A stretch of 64,000 bases of DNA from Eledone cirrhosa (lineage: Eukaryota). The notes below the pieces were generated by a model that was given only the letters and a program-made list of their open reading frames with translations, was not told where the DNA came from and did not search any database. This document shows positions 25,304-40,164 of this stretch, piece by piece. The position numbers were made by a program, and so were the translations under genes. Within the stretch, counting starts at the first letter, position 1. Every line of letters begins with the position of its first letter. The stretch spans positions 65,720,001 to 65,784,000 of the forward strand of contig OZ024747.1 in the NCBI GenBank assembly GCA_964016885.1. Reading direction: 5' to 3'.

Positions 25304-27382
25304 TCGTTGTTAATTCTAACCTTGCTGACTTTTTCTTCATACATGGTTTGTATAGCTCTGACAAGCAATTCATCAACACCTAGTTTTCTAAGAGTCCACC
25401 AGATAATGGAGCGGGGGACTCTGTCAAAGGCTTTCTCCAAGTCAACAAAAGCTAAGTATCGGGGTTTACTTTTAGCTAGGTACTTCTCCTGTAGTTGTCG
25501 TACAAGGAAAAGAGCGTCTGTGGTACTTTTACTTGACACAAACCCAAACGGCATTTCGTCTAGATCAATTCGCTCTCTTATTAATTGCGCTATAACTCTT
25601 TCTGTGACCTTCATGACCTGGTCAATTAATTTAATGCCTCTATAGTTTCCCCTATATAGGGCATCTCCTTTACCCTTGTAGCAGTTAATGATGATGATGC
25701 TATTATGCCAGTCATTTGGTATAACCCCATTCTGTATGACATGGTTTACTATCCGGGTGACCATAGAATGTCCCACCGATCCAGATGCTTTCAACATTTC
25801 AGCAACTATCTCTGAAGGCCCAGCTGCTTTGCCTGTCTCCATATCTTTGATTGCCTTACTTATTATACACCCTTCAACTTGCACTGCTGGTTCCTCTATT
25901 GGATTGTTTTGGGGCAGACTATCTTTTTCCCACTTATTCTCCTCATTTAGTAGCCTCTCGTAGTGACACTTCCAAGCTACCTTTTTATCTGTATCAGTGA
26001 TGACAAGTATACCATCATCATTACGGGCACACTTCTCCCCGACAATATCACGGTTTTCCTTGACACATTGCCTAGCAATCCTGAACACCTCACGTTTTTG
26101 GTCCTCACGTTGTAGAACATGCTTGAACTTTATTTCTTCTGCTTCCCTTCTTGCAAAGTACACTTGTCTCCTAGCTTCCCTCCTGGCCACTTGATAGTCT
26201 TCTCTGCTTCCCCCATCCCGCCATGCTTTCCAAGCTCTCTTTTTGGCCTTGATTGACTCCTCCACCTTACTGTTCCACCACCAAGTTACTCTCCTCCTGC
26301 CTATAGGTCTGCTCCAGCTACAGATTTCATCTGTCGCCTTCAGCAAGTTAACTTCCAGGAATTCCCACTGTTCCTCTATACTGTATGTCTCTAATTGCTC
26401 TTCTTTACTGTCAAAAGCATCAAGTAATATGCTTTTAAATTTATGACTGGCTGTGGGGTCCTTTAATTTCCATATTTTTCTCCTGAGGATAGTCCTCTTC
26501 TGTTGTCAAATACGTCTCGTCCTGACTATGAGGTCGCTAATTATGAGTCTATGTTGAGACGTGCATTCTTCATGGGGGAGGAATTTAGTGTTTACAACAG
26601 ACACTCTGTCACGTCTCCTGGTAAGGATATAATCTACCTGGCTTGTGTGTGTCCCTATCTATAGGTGATCAAGTGATTGTCTCGTTTTTTGAAGTTAGTG
26701 TTACAGATAGTTAGGTTATTTGCGTCACAGAATTCCAGGATTCTGGAGCCTTCCTCATTTCTAGTACCAAACCCATAGCCTCCATGGATTCCGTCATAGC
26801 CGTCACAATGTTGTCCAACGTGACCATTTAGGTTGCCAGCAATAATTATATAGTCACTGTTGGTTATTTGGGAGGTAGTGAGCATCAGTGTCTCATAGAA
26901 TCTGTCTTTTATAGTGCCGGGCAGTCCGGATTGGGGTGCGTACGCAGATATTACTGTCACCGTAGTTCTATTGAGGACAAGTCTTATTTTAATTATTCTG
27001 TCGTTCACTCTATTTACGTCTATTATCTTATCTGCCCACTTTTCTGCTACCATGATTCCTACTCCACCCAGCCCATCGTCATTTCCCACCCAGAAAAGCT
27101 TATAGCATCGTTCTTTACCCACGATGAATCTAGCAGACCCACCCCTCCACCTGGTCTCTTGAATACAACAAACATCGACCTCCTTACGTTCAAGCATTTC
27201 TACAACCTCATTAGAGCGACCCTTTAAGGTGCCTACATTCATGGTACCAACTCTGAAATTTTGGATTGCGTTTGGAGAGTGGGAGCGGGGGGAAATGGGG
27301 GAGATGGGTTATGTTAGCCATCCGCAACCGAAACAAAGAGGAGGAGCCCTTGCATTCTCGTCCATGAGGTGAATTTGTTTTT
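25302..27382 (-). pseudogene. RTE 5' half (APE + RT N-terminus), truncated before YADD
   Basis: ORFs 26655..27242 (APE) and 25240..26346 (RT N-terminus). Confidence 0.93.
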
Positions 27383-28869
27383 ATGTATGTATATATATAT
27401 GCATGTATGTATGTGTATGTATGTGTATGTATGTATGTGTATGTATGTGTATGTATATGTGTATATGTATGTATGCATATGTGTGTATGTATATATGTGT
27501 GTATGTATATATGTGTGTATGTATATATGTGTGTATGTATATATGTGTGTATGTGTATATGTGTGTATGTATATATGTGTGTATGTATATGTATGTATGT
27601 GTATATGTATGTATATGTATATGTATGTATGTGTATATGTATGTATATATATGTGTATATGTATGTATATATATGTGTATATGTATGTATATATATGTGT
27701 ATATGTATGTATATGTGTGTATGTGTATATGTATGTATATGTGTGTATGTATATGTATATATGTATATGTATGTATGTATATGCATATATGTATATGTAT
27801 GTATGTATATGTATATATGTATGTATGTGTATATATGTATGCATATGTATGTATATGTATATATGTATGTATATGTATGTATGTATGTATATGTATGTAT
27901 GTATGTATGTATATATGTATGTATGTATATGTATATATGTATGTATGTATATGGATATATACTTGTGTATATGTATATATACTTGTGTATATGTATATAT
28001 ACTTTTGTATATGTATATATACTTGTGTATATGTATATATACTTGTGTATATGTATATATACTTGTGTATATGTATATATACTTGTGTATATGTATATAT
28101 ACTTGTGTATATGTATATATACTTGTGTATATGTATATATACTTGTGTATATGTATATATACTTGTGTATATGTATATATACTTGTGTATATGTATATAT
28201 ACTTGTGTATATGTATATATACTTGTGTTTATGTATATATACTTGTGTATATGTATATATACTTGTGTATATGTATATATATACTTGTGTATATGTATAT
28301 ATATACTTGTGTATATGTATATATATACTTGTGTAAATATATACTTGTGTATATGTATATATACTTGTGTATATGTATATATACTTGTGTATATGCTTGT
28401 GTATATGACTGTGTATATGTGTATATGCTTATGTGTATGTATGTATGTATATGTATATATATATGTATGTGTGTATGTATGTATGTGTGTATGTATGTAT
28501 GTGTATGTATGTATATGTATGTATATGTATTTATATGTACATGGAGGCACATGGCTTAGTGGTTAGAGCATTGGTCTGGCAATCGAAAGGTTGTGATTTC
28601 AATTCTCACACCGGGTGATGTGTTGTTTCCTTGAGCAAGACACTTTATTTCACATTGCTCCTGTTTACTCAGCTGTAGAAATGAGATGATAGGACAGGGG
28701 TCCCTATCATTCCACTGTAAAGTGGACGTGTAGGCGCCACGGAAATAAAGCACCCAGCACTCACTGTAAATGAGGTTGGTGTTAGGAAGGGCATCCGGCT
28801 GTAGAAATCAAGCCAGAATCAGTTCCCGTCCCACCCTTGCAAACGGGGAAAAGCGGATGTAAAATGATG

Positions 28870-30950
28870 ATTCGTTGTTAATTCTAACCTTGCTGACTTT
28901 TTTTTCATACATGGTTTGTATAGCTCTGACAAGCAATTCATCAACACCTAGTTTTCTAAGAGTCCACCAGATAATGGAGCGGGGGACTCTGTCAAAGGCT
29001 TTCTCCAAGTCAACAAAAGCTAAGTATCGGGGTTTACTTTTAGCTAGGTACTTCTCCTGTAGTTGTCGTACAAGGAAAAGAGCGTCTGTGGTACTTTTAC
29101 TTGACACAAACCCAAACGGCATTTCGTCTAGATCAATTCGCTCTCTTATTAATTGCGCTATAACTCTTTCTGTGACCTTCATGACCTGGTCAATTAATTT
29201 AATGCCTCTATAGTTTCCCCTATATAGGGCATCTCCTTTACCCTTGTAGCAGTTAATGATGATGATGCTATTATGCCAGTCATTTGGTATAACCCCATTC
29301 TGTATGACATGGTTTACTATCCGGGTGACCATAGAATGTCCCACCGATCCAGATGCTTTCAACATTTCAGCAACTATCTCTGAAGGCCCAGCTGCTTTGC
29401 CTGTCTCCATATCTTTGATTGCCTTACTTATTATACACCCTTCAACTTGCACTGCTGGTTCCTCTATTGGATTGTTTTGGGGCAGACTATCTTTTTCCCA
29501 CTTATTCTCCTCATTTAGTAGCCTCTCGTAGTGACACTTCCAAGCTACCTTTTTATCTGTATCAGTGATGACAAGTATACCATCATCATTACGGGCACAC
29601 TTCTCCCCGACAATATCACGGTTTTCCTTGACACATTGCCTAGCAATCCTGAACACCTCACGTTTTTGGTCCTCACGTTGTAGAACATGCTTGAACTTTA
29701 TTTCTTCTGCTTCCCTTCTTGCAAAGTACACTTGTCTCCTAGCTTCCCTCCTGGCCACTTGATAGTCTTCTCTGCTTCCCCCATCCCGCCATGCTTTCCA
29801 AGCTCTCTTTTTGGCCTTGATTGACTCCTCCACCTTACTGTTCCACCACCAAGTTACTCTCCTCCTGCCTATAGGTCTGCTCCAGCTACAGATTTCATCT
29901 GTCGCCTTCAGCAAGTTAACTTCCAGGAATTCCCACTGTTCCTCTATACTGTATGTCTCTAATTGCTCTTCTTTACTGTCAAAAGCATCAAGTAATATGC
30001 TTTTAAATTTATGACTGGCTGTGGGGTCCTTTAATTTCCATATTTTTCTCCTGAGGATAGTCCTCTTCTGTTGTCAAATACGTCTCGTCCTGACTATGAG
30101 GTCGCTAATTATGAGTCTATGTTGAGACGTGCATTCTTCATGGGGGAGGAATTTAGTGTTTACAACAGACACTCTGTCACGTCTCCTGGTAAGGATATAA
30201 TCTACCTGGCTTGTGTGTGTCCCTATCTATAGGTGATCAAGTGATTGTCTCGTTTTTTGAAGTTAGTGTTACAGATAGTTAGGTTATTTGCGTCACAGAA
30301 TTCCAGGATTCTGGAGCCTTCCTCATTTCTAGTACCAAACCCATAGCCTCCATGGATTCCGTCATAGCCGTCACAATGTTGTCCAACGTGACCATTTAGG
30401 TTGCCAGCAATAATTATATAGTCACTGTTGGTTATTTGGGAGGTAGTGAGCATCAGTGTCTCATAGAATCTGTCTTTTATAGTGCCGGGCAGTCCGGATT
30501 GGGGTGCGTACGCAGATATTACTGTCACCGTAGTTCTATTGAGGACAAGTCTTATTTTAATTATTCTGTCGTTCACTCTATTTACGTCTATTATCTTATC
30601 TGCCCACTTTTCTGCTACCATGATTCCTACTCCACCCAGCCCATCGTCATTTCCCACCCAGAAAAGCTTATAGCATCGTTCTTTACCCACGATGAATCTA
30701 GCAGACCCACCCCTCCACCTGGTCTCTTGAATACAACAAACATCGACCTCCTTACGTTCAAGCATTTCTACAACCTCATTAGAGCGACCCTTTAAGGTGC
30801 CTACATTCATGGTACCAACTCTGAAATTTTGGATTGCGTTTGGAGAGTGGGAGCGGGGGGAAATGGGGGAGATGGGTTATGTTAGCCATCCGCAACCGAA
30901 ACAAAGAGGAGGAGCCCTTGCATTCTCGTCCATGAGGTGAATTTGTTTTT
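28870..30950 (-). pseudogene. RTE 5' half, array copy
   Basis: ORFs 30223..30810 and 28808..29914. Confidence 0.93.
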
Positions 30951-31458
30951 ATGTATGTATATATATATGCATGTATGTATGTGTATGTATGTGTATGTAT
31001 GTATGTGTATGTATGTGTATGTATATGTGTATATGTATGTATGCATATGTGTGTATGTATATATGTGTGTATGTATATATGTGTGTATGTATATATGTGT
31101 GTATGTATATATGTGTGTATGTGTATATGTGTGTATGTATATATGTGTGTATGTATATGTATGTATGTGTATATGTATGTATATGTATATGTATGTATGT
31201 GTATATGTATGTATATATATGTGTATATGTATGTATATGTGTGTATGTGTATATGTATGTATATGTGTGTATGTATATGTATATATGTATATGTATGTAT
31301 GTATATGCATATATGTATATGTATGTATGTATATGTATATATGTATGTATGTGTATATATGTATGCATATGTATGTATATGTATATATGTATGTATATGT
31401 ATGTATGTATGTATATGTATGTATGTATGTATGTATATATGTATGTATGTATGTGTCA

Positions 31459-32062
31459 GGTCACCAGTTGGTGCTACTGGTAACATGTATCCCAGTACAA
31501 CCTGTCTCATGGTCGGGTCGTTGGCGACTAAACTGGCAACCCCACCAAGGTTTCTTGGTGAGGAGGGTGACTTTGGACATCCTGCAGGACTAAAAACAAA
31601 ACCTGTCAAAGGGCAAAGGAGCTCTTAAGAGTCAATGGCCATCCAAAATCACCGGGAGAGATGACCCCTTAGCCTTTGTCAAGGCAGAATTCTAGGAGAA
31701 GGAAAACTCTGATATAACACCTGCAACCCTGATGGTATCCAATGATGTTGACTTGTTCTTCTTTTTGGTAAATATCATCTTGGTTAAGAGAGTGGGACTG
31801 GCTTTGTGCAGTGCCTTTGCTCACTATAAAAGCTTCACGGCACAGGCATTGCTTTATATCTGGAGATCTCTCTGCACTTGTCGTCGCATGGTACCGTGGG
31901 CCCAGCACTGTGTGTCAGTGGTTGTCACAGGTGTAGTGTTTGTGCCGGAGTTTTCAAGTCGCTGGCTGGACTAAAGGGTCACACTTGTTCAGGGCATCGG
32001 TAGGGGTTCTCCTACATGGATATAAGGTAGTGGCCGTACTCGAAAACGAGTTGGCAGCCACC
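31459..32062 (+). mobile_element. ~600-bp non-autonomous element, probably RTE-derived (5' UTR-like part joined to C2H2-like 3' end)
   Basis: ctaggagaaggaaaactctg motif, which I recall from RTE 5' UTRs; 3' CSVCAGVFKSLAGLKGH; three related copies in the window, each followed by TATG tracts. Confidence 0.6.
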
Positions 32063-32505
32063 ATATATGTATGTATGTATATATATGTATATATATATGT
32101 GTATGTGTGTGTATATGTATATATATGTATATGTGTGTATATGTGTATATGTATGTATATGTATATGTATATATATATGTATATGTATGTATGTGTGTAT
32201 ATATGTATATGTGTGTATGTGTATATATATATATATGTGTGTATATGTATATGTGTGTATATGTATATATATGTGTATGTATATGTATGTGTATATGTAT
32301 ATATATGTATATGTATGTGTATATATGTGTATGTATATGTATATGTATGTGTATATGTATGTATATGTATATATATGTGTGTATATGTATATGTATGTAT
32401 ATGTATATGTGTGTATGTATGTATATGTATATATATATATATATGTGTGTATGTGTGTATATATATATGTATATGTATATATATGTGTATGTATGTATAT
32501 GTGTG

Positions 32506-32536
<31 letters not shown>

Positions 32537-33018
32537 ATATATGTATGTGTATATATATGTGTGTGTATATGTATGTATGTATATATGTATGTATGTGTAT
32601 GTATATGTATGTATATATGTATGTATGTGTGTATATATGTATATGTGTGTATGTGTATATGTGTGTATATATATGTATATGTATGTATATGTATGTATGT
32701 GTGTATGTATGTATATGTATGTATATGTATGTATGTGTATATGTATGTGTATGTGTATGTATGTATATGTGTGTATATGTATATATATATATGTGTATAT
32801 GTGTGTATGTGTATATATGTGTATATGTATGTATATGTATGTATATATGTATATATGTATATATGTATATATATGTATGTATATGTATGTATATGTATGT
32901 GTATGTATATGTATGTATATGTGTGTATATGTATATGTATGTATATGTATATGTATATATATGTGTATGTATGTGTATGTATGTATATGTATGTGTATGT
33001 ATATATATATGTATACAT

Positions 33019-33480
33019 TTGTCAAAGGGCAAAGGAGCTCCTAAGAGTCAATGGCCATCCAAAATCACCGGGAGAGATGACCCCCTTAGCCTTTGTCAAG
33101 GCAGAATTCTAGGAGAAGGAAAACTCTGATATAACACCTGCAACCCTGATGGTATCCAATGATGTTGACTTGTTCTTCTTTTTGGTAAATATCATCTTGG
33201 TTAAGAGAGTGGGACTGGCTTTGTGCAGTGCCTTTGCTCACTATAAAAGCTTCACGGCACAGGCATTGCTTTATATCTGGAGATCTCTCTGCACTTGTCG
33301 TCACATGTTACCGTGGGCCCAGCACTAAGTGTCAATAATTGTCACAAGTGTAGTGTTTGTACCAGAGGTTTCAAGTTGCTGGCTGGACTAAAAAGTCACA
33401 CTCGTTCAGCGCATCGGTAGGGGTTCTCCTACATGGATATAAAGTAGTGGCCGTACTCGAAAACGAGTTGGCAGCCACCA
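33019..33480 (+). mobile_element. 5'-truncated, diverged second copy of the 31459-32062 element
   Basis: Aligns to 31604-32062 with scattered substitutions. Confidence 0.8.
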
Positions 33481-34510
33481 TGTATATGTATATATGTATG
33501 TATGTATATGTATATATGTATGTATGTATATGTATATATGTATGTATGTATATGGATATATACTTGTGTATATGTATATATACTTGTGTATATGTATATA
33601 TACTTTTGTATATGTATATATACTTGTGTATATGTATATATACTTTTGTATATGTATATATACTTGTGTATATGTATATATACTTGTGTATATGTATATA
33701 TACTTGTGTATATGTATATATACTTGTGTATATGTATATATACTTGTGTATATGTATATATACTTGTGTATATGTATATATACTTGTGTATATGTATATA
33801 TACTTGTGTATATGTATATATACTTGTGTATATGTATATATACTTGTGTATATGTATATATACTTGTGTATATGTATATATACTTGTGTTTATGTATATA
33901 TACTTGTGTATATGTATATATACTTGTGTATATGTATATATATACTTGTGTATATGTATATATATACTTGTGTATATGTATATATATACTTGTGTATATA
34001 TATACTTGTGTATATGTATATATACTTGTGTATATGCTTGTGTATATGACTGTGTATATGTGTATATGCTTATGTGTATGTATGTATGTATATGTATATA
34101 TATATGTATGTGTGTATGTATGTATGTGTGTATGTATGTATGTGTATGTATGTATATGTATGTATATGTATTTATATGTACATGGAGGCACATGGCTTAG
34201 TGGTTAGAGCATTGGTCTGGCAATCGAAAGGTTGTGATTTCAATTCTCACACCGGGTGATGTGTTGTTTCCTTGAGCAAGACACTTTATTTCACATTGCT
34301 CCTGTTTACTCAGCTGTAGAAATGAGATGATAGGACAGGGGTCCCTATCATTCCACTGTAAAGTGGACGTGTAGGCGCCACGGAAATAAAGCACCCAGCA
34401 CTCACTGTAAATGAGGTTGGTGTTAGGAAGGGCATCCGGCTGTAGAAATCAAGCCAGAATCAGTTCCCGTCCCACCCTTGCAAACAGGGAAAAGCGGATG
34501 TAAAATGATG

Positions 34511-36591
34511 ATTCGTTGTTAATTCTAACCTTGCTGACTTTTTCTTCATACATGGTTTGTATAGCTCTGACAAGCAATTCATCAACACCTAGTTTTCTAA
34601 GAGTCCACCAGATAATGGAGCGGGGGACTCTGTCAAAGGCTTTCTCCAAGTCAACAAAAGCTAAGTATCGGGGTTTACTTTTAGCTAGGTACTTCTCCTG
34701 TAGTTGTCGTACAAGGAAAAGAGCGTCTGTGGTACTTTTACTTGACACAAACCCAAACGGCATTTCGTCTAGATCAATTCGCTCTCTTATTAATTGCGCT
34801 ATAACTCTTTCTGTGACCTTCATGACCTGGTCAATTAATTTAATGCCTCTATAGTTTCCCCTATATAGGGCATCTCCTTTACCCTTGTAGCAGTTAATGA
34901 TGATGATGCTATTATGCCAGTCATTTGGTATAACCCCATTCTGTATGACATGGTTTACTATCCGGGTGACCATAGAATGTCCCACCGATCCAGATGCTTT
35001 CAACATTTCAGCAACTATCTCTGAAGGCCCAGCTGCTTTGCCTGTCTCCATATCTTTGATTGCCTTACTTATTATACACCCTTCAACTTGCACTGCTGGT
35101 TCCTCTATTGGATTGTTTTGGGGCAGACTATCTTTTTCCCACTTATTCTCCTCATTTAGTAGCCTCTCGTAGTGACACTTCCAAGCTACCTTTTTATCTG
35201 TATCAGTGATGACAAGTATACCATCATCATTACGGGCACACTTCTCCCCGACAATATCACGGTTTTCCTTGACACATTGCCTAGCAATCCTGAACACCTC
35301 ACGTTTTTGGTCCTCACGTTGTAGAACATGCTTGAACTTTATTTCTTCTGCTTCCCTTCTTGCAAAGTACACTTGTCTCCTAGCTTCCCTCCTGGCCACT
35401 TGATAGTCTTCTCTGCTTCCCCCATCCCGCCATGCTTTCCAAGCTCTCTTTTTGGCCTTGATTGACTCCTCCACCTTACTGTTCCACCACCAAGTTACTC
35501 TCCTCCTGCCTATAGGTCTGCTCCAGCTACAGATTTCATCTGTCGCCTTCAGCAAGTTAACTTCCAGGAATTCCCACTGTTCCTCTATACTGTATGTCTC
35601 TAATTGCTCTTCTTTACTGTCAAAAGCATCAAGTAATATGCTTTTAAATTTATGACTGGCTGTGGGGTCCTTTAATTTCCATATTTTTCTCCTGAGGATA
35701 GTCCTCTTCTGTTGTCAAATACGTCTCGTCCTGACTATGAGGTCGCTAATTATGAGTCTATGTTGAGACGTGCATTCTTCATGGGGGAGGAATTTAGTGT
35801 TTACAACAGACACTCTGTCACGTCTCCTGGTAAGGATATAATCTACCTGGCTTGTGTGTGTCCCTATCTATAGGTGATCAAGTGATTGTCTCGTTTTTTG
35901 AAGTTAGTGTTACAGATAGTTAGGTTATTTGCGTCACAGAATTCCAGGATTCTGGAGCCTTCCTCATTTCTAGTACCAAACCCATAGCCTCCATGGATTC
36001 CGTCATAGCCGTCACAATGTTGTCCAACGTGACCATTTAGGTTGCCAGCAATAATTATATAGTCACTGTTGGTTATTTGGGAGGTAGTGAGCATCAGTGT
36101 CTCATAGAATCTGTCTTTTATAGTGCCGGGCAGTCCGGATTGGGGTGCGTACGCAGATATTACTGTCACCGTAGTTCTATTGAGGACAAGTCTTATTTTA
36201 ATTATTCTGTCGTTCACTCTATTTACGTCTATTATCTTATCTGCCCACTTTTCTGCTACCATGATTCCTACTCCACCCAGCCCATCGTCATTTCCCACCC
36301 AGAAAAGCTTATAGCATCGTTCTTTACCCACGATGAATCTAGCAGACCCACCCCTCCACCTGGTCTCTTGAATACAACAAACATCGACCTCCTTACGTTC
36401 AAGCATTTCTACAACCTCATTAGAGCGACCCTTTAAGGTGCCTACATTCATGGTACCAACTCTGAAATTTTGGATTGCGTTTGGAGAGTGGGAGCGGGGG
36501 GAAATGGGGGAGATGGGTTATGTTAGCCATCCGCAACCGAAACAAAGAGGAGGAGCCCTTGCATTCTCGTCCATGAGGTGAATTTGTTTTT
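34511..36591 (-). pseudogene. RTE 5' half, array copy
   Basis: ORFs 35864..36451 and 34449..35555. Confidence 0.93.
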
Positions 36592-38075
36592 ATGTATGTA
36601 TATATATATGTATGTATGTATGTATGTGTATGTATGTGTATATATGTGTATATGTATGTATGCATATGTGTGTGTATGTATATATGTGTGTATGTATATA
36701 TGTGTGTATGTATATGTGTGTATGTTATGTGTGTATGTATATATGTGTGTATGTATATGTGTGTATGTATATATGTGTGTATGTATATGTGTGTATGTGT
36801 ATATGTGTGTATGTATATATGCGTATATGTATATGTATGTATGTATATGTATGTATGTGTATATGTATGTATATGTATGTATGTGTATATGTATGTATGT
36901 GTATGTATGTGTATATGTATGTGTATATATGTGTATATGTATGTATATGTGTGTATGTGTATATGTATGTATATGTGTGTATGTATATGTATATGTATAT
37001 ATGTATGTATGTGTATATATGTATGTATATGTATGTATATGTATATATGTATGTATGTATATGTATATATGTATGTATGTATGTATATGTATATATGTAT
37101 GTATGTATGTATATGTATATATGTATGTATGTATATATGTATGTATGTATGTATATGTATGTATGTATGTATATGTATATATGTATGTATGTATATGTAT
37201 ATATGTATGTATGTATATGTATATATACTTGTATATATGTATATATACTTGTGTATATGTATATATACTTGTGTATATGTATATATACTTGTGTATATGT
37301 ATATATACTTGTGTATATGTATATATACTTGTGTATATGTATATATACTTGTGTATATGTATATATACTTGTGTATATGTATATATACTTGTGTATATGT
37401 ATATATACTTGTGTATATATATATATACTTGTGTATATGTATATATACTTGTGTATATGTATATATACTTGTGTATATGTATATATACTTGTGTATATGT
37501 ATATATACTTGTGTATATGTATATATACTTGTGTATATGTATATATACTTGTGTAAATGTATATATACTTGTGTATATGTATATATACTTGTGTATATGT
37601 ATATATACTTGTGTATATGTATATATACTTGTGTATATGCTTGTGTATATGTGTATATGATTGTGTATATGTGTATATGCTTATGTGTATGTATGTATGT
37701 ATATATATATGTATGTGTGTATGTATGTATATGTATTTATATGTACATGGAGGCACATGGCTTAGTGGTTAGAGCATTGGTCTGGCAATCGAAAGGTTGT
37801 GATTTCAATTCTCACACCGGGTGATGTGTTGTTTCCTTGAGCAAGACACTTTATTTCACATTGCTCCTGTTTACTCAGCTGTAGAAATGAGATGATAGGA
37901 CAGGGGTCCCTATCATTCCACTGTAAAGTGGACGTGTAGGCGCCACGGAAATAAAGCACCCAGCACTCACTGTAAATGAGGTTGGTGTTAGGAAGGGCAT
38001 CCGGCTGTAGAAATCAAGCCAGAATCAGTTCCCGTCCCACCCTTGCAAACAGGGAAAAGCGGATGTAAAATGATG

Positions 38076-39695
38076 ATTCGTTGTTAATTCTAACCTTGCT
38101 GACTTTTTCTTCATACATGGTTTGTATAGCTCTGACAAGCAATTCATCAACACCTAGTTTTCTAAGAGTCCACCAGATAATGGAGCGGGGGACTCTGTCA
38201 AAGGCTTTCTCCAAGTCAACAAAAGCTAAGTATCGGGGTTTACTTTTAGCTAGGTACTTCTCCTGTAGTTGTCGTACAAGGAAAAGAGCGTCTGTGGTAC
38301 TTTTACTTGACACAAACCCAAACGGCATTTCGTCTAGATCAATTCGCTCTCTTATTAATTGCGCTATAACTCTTTCTGTGACCTTCATGACCTGGTCAAT
38401 TAATTTAATGCCTCTATAGTTTCCCCTATATAGGGCATCTCCTTTACCCTTGTAGCAGTTAATGATGATGATGCTATTATGCCAGTCATTTGGTATAACC
38501 CCATTCTGTATGACATGGTTTACTATCCGGGTGACCATAGAATGTCCCACCGATCCAGATGCTTTCAACATTTCAGCAACTATCTCTGAAGGCCCAGCTG
38601 CTTTGCCTGTCTCCATATCTTTGATTGCCTTACTTATTATACAACCTTCAACTTGCACTGCTGGTTCCTCTATTGGATTGTTTTGGGGCAGACTATCTTT
38701 TTCCCACTTATTCTCCTCATTTAGTAGCCTCTCGTAGTGACACTTCCAAGCTACCTTTTTATCTGTATCAGTGATGACAAGTATACCATCATCATTACGG
38801 GCACACTTCTCCCCGACAATATCACGGTTTTCCTTGACACATTGCCTAGCAATCCTGAACACCTCACATTTTTGGTCCTCACGTTGTAGAACATGCTTGA
38901 ACTTTATTTCTTCTGCTTCCCTTCTTGCAAAGTACACTTGTCTCCTAGCTTCCCTCCTGGCCACTTGATAGTCTTCTCTGCTTCCCCCATCCCGCCATGC
39001 TTTCCAAGCTCTCTTTTTGGCCTTGATTGACTCTTCCTGCCTATAGGTCTGCTCCAGCTACAGATTTCATCTGTCGCCTTCAGCAAGTTAACTTTCAGGA
39101 ATTCCCACTGTTCCTCTATACTGTATGTCTCTAATTGCTCTTCTTTACTGTCAAAAGCATCAAGTAATTTGCTTTTAAATTTGTTACTGGCTGTGGGGTC
39201 CTTTAACTTTCATATTCTTCTTCTCAGGGTAGTCCTCCTCTGTTGTCGAATACGTCTCGTCCTGACTATGAGGTCACTAACTATGAGCTATGTTGGGAGG
39301 TGCATTCTTCACGGGGGAGGGAAATAGTGTTTACAACAGACACTTTTTCACATCTTCTGGTAAGGATATAATCTATCTGACTGGCATGTTCCCCTGATCT
39401 ATAGGTGATCAAGTGATTGTCTGGTTTTTTAAAGTTTGTGTTACAGATAGTTAGGTTATTAGAGTTACAGAATTCCAGGATTCTAAAGCCTTCCTCATTT
39501 CTGGTACCAAACCTGTAGCCACCATGGATTCCATCATAGCTATCACAATGTTGTCCAACATGACCATTTAGGTCACCAACAATTATGTTGTCACTGTCGG
39601 TTAGTTGGGAGGTAGTGAGCATTAGCGACTCATAGAATCTGTCTTTAATAACGCCAGGCAGTCCACATTGGGGTGTGTAAGCAGATATTATTGTC
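38076..39695 (-). pseudogene. Terminal RTE copy of array 2; ~30-bp deletion near 39033, more divergent beyond ~39170
   Basis: ORFs 38014..38964 and 39281..39622 (GDLNGHVGQHCDSYDG). Confidence 0.9.
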
Positions 39696-40164
39696 CCCCT
39701 TTGCCCACCCGTCTCTTAAAGTAGCAGTAAAACATTGAACAATATTGAGTCAGCTTTTATAAAGTCGTTTGTCAAACGAGAGAACAGAGAGACAATACCA
39801 GTAACCACGAGAGAGACAACCAACCAACCATAATTATATAATAAATCAAAGTGAAAACAAAACAATATAATTCAACAGATTTTTCCAGATAAATCTTGCA
39901 AAACAATTTTTACCACCACCAACACCAACATAATTTCATCAACACACATATTATACATATTATACATATATATACATATATATCTTTCATTTTCTAACCT
40001 TAATCCCTAACAAATCCCACCCCCTCCAGTTCTAAAAATAGCAAATTCTTCCAGAAAGATAGACAGGGAAGAGAGGAAACACAGAGAAGAGAGGAACCCA
40101 GTATTTGACTAGTACTTTTATTCATAAAAAGATAAAGTGAGAAAAATAAAGAGAGGAAGAATTC

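Larger units (their letters stand above)
21698..39695. repeat. Second tandem array: units 21698-25301, 25302-28869, 28870-34510 (with 2-kb insert), 34511-38075, partial 38076-39695
   Basis: Junction gtaaaatgatgattcgttgttaattc at 25291, 28859, 34500 and 38065; near-identical ORFs of 368 aa and 195 aa recur. Confidence 0.96.

Noticed and set aside
25240-26346. 368-aa RT ORF as a domesticated gene kept in several copies
   Set aside because: Ends before YADD, C-terminus is antisense SINE read-through, and identity reflects recent tandem duplication
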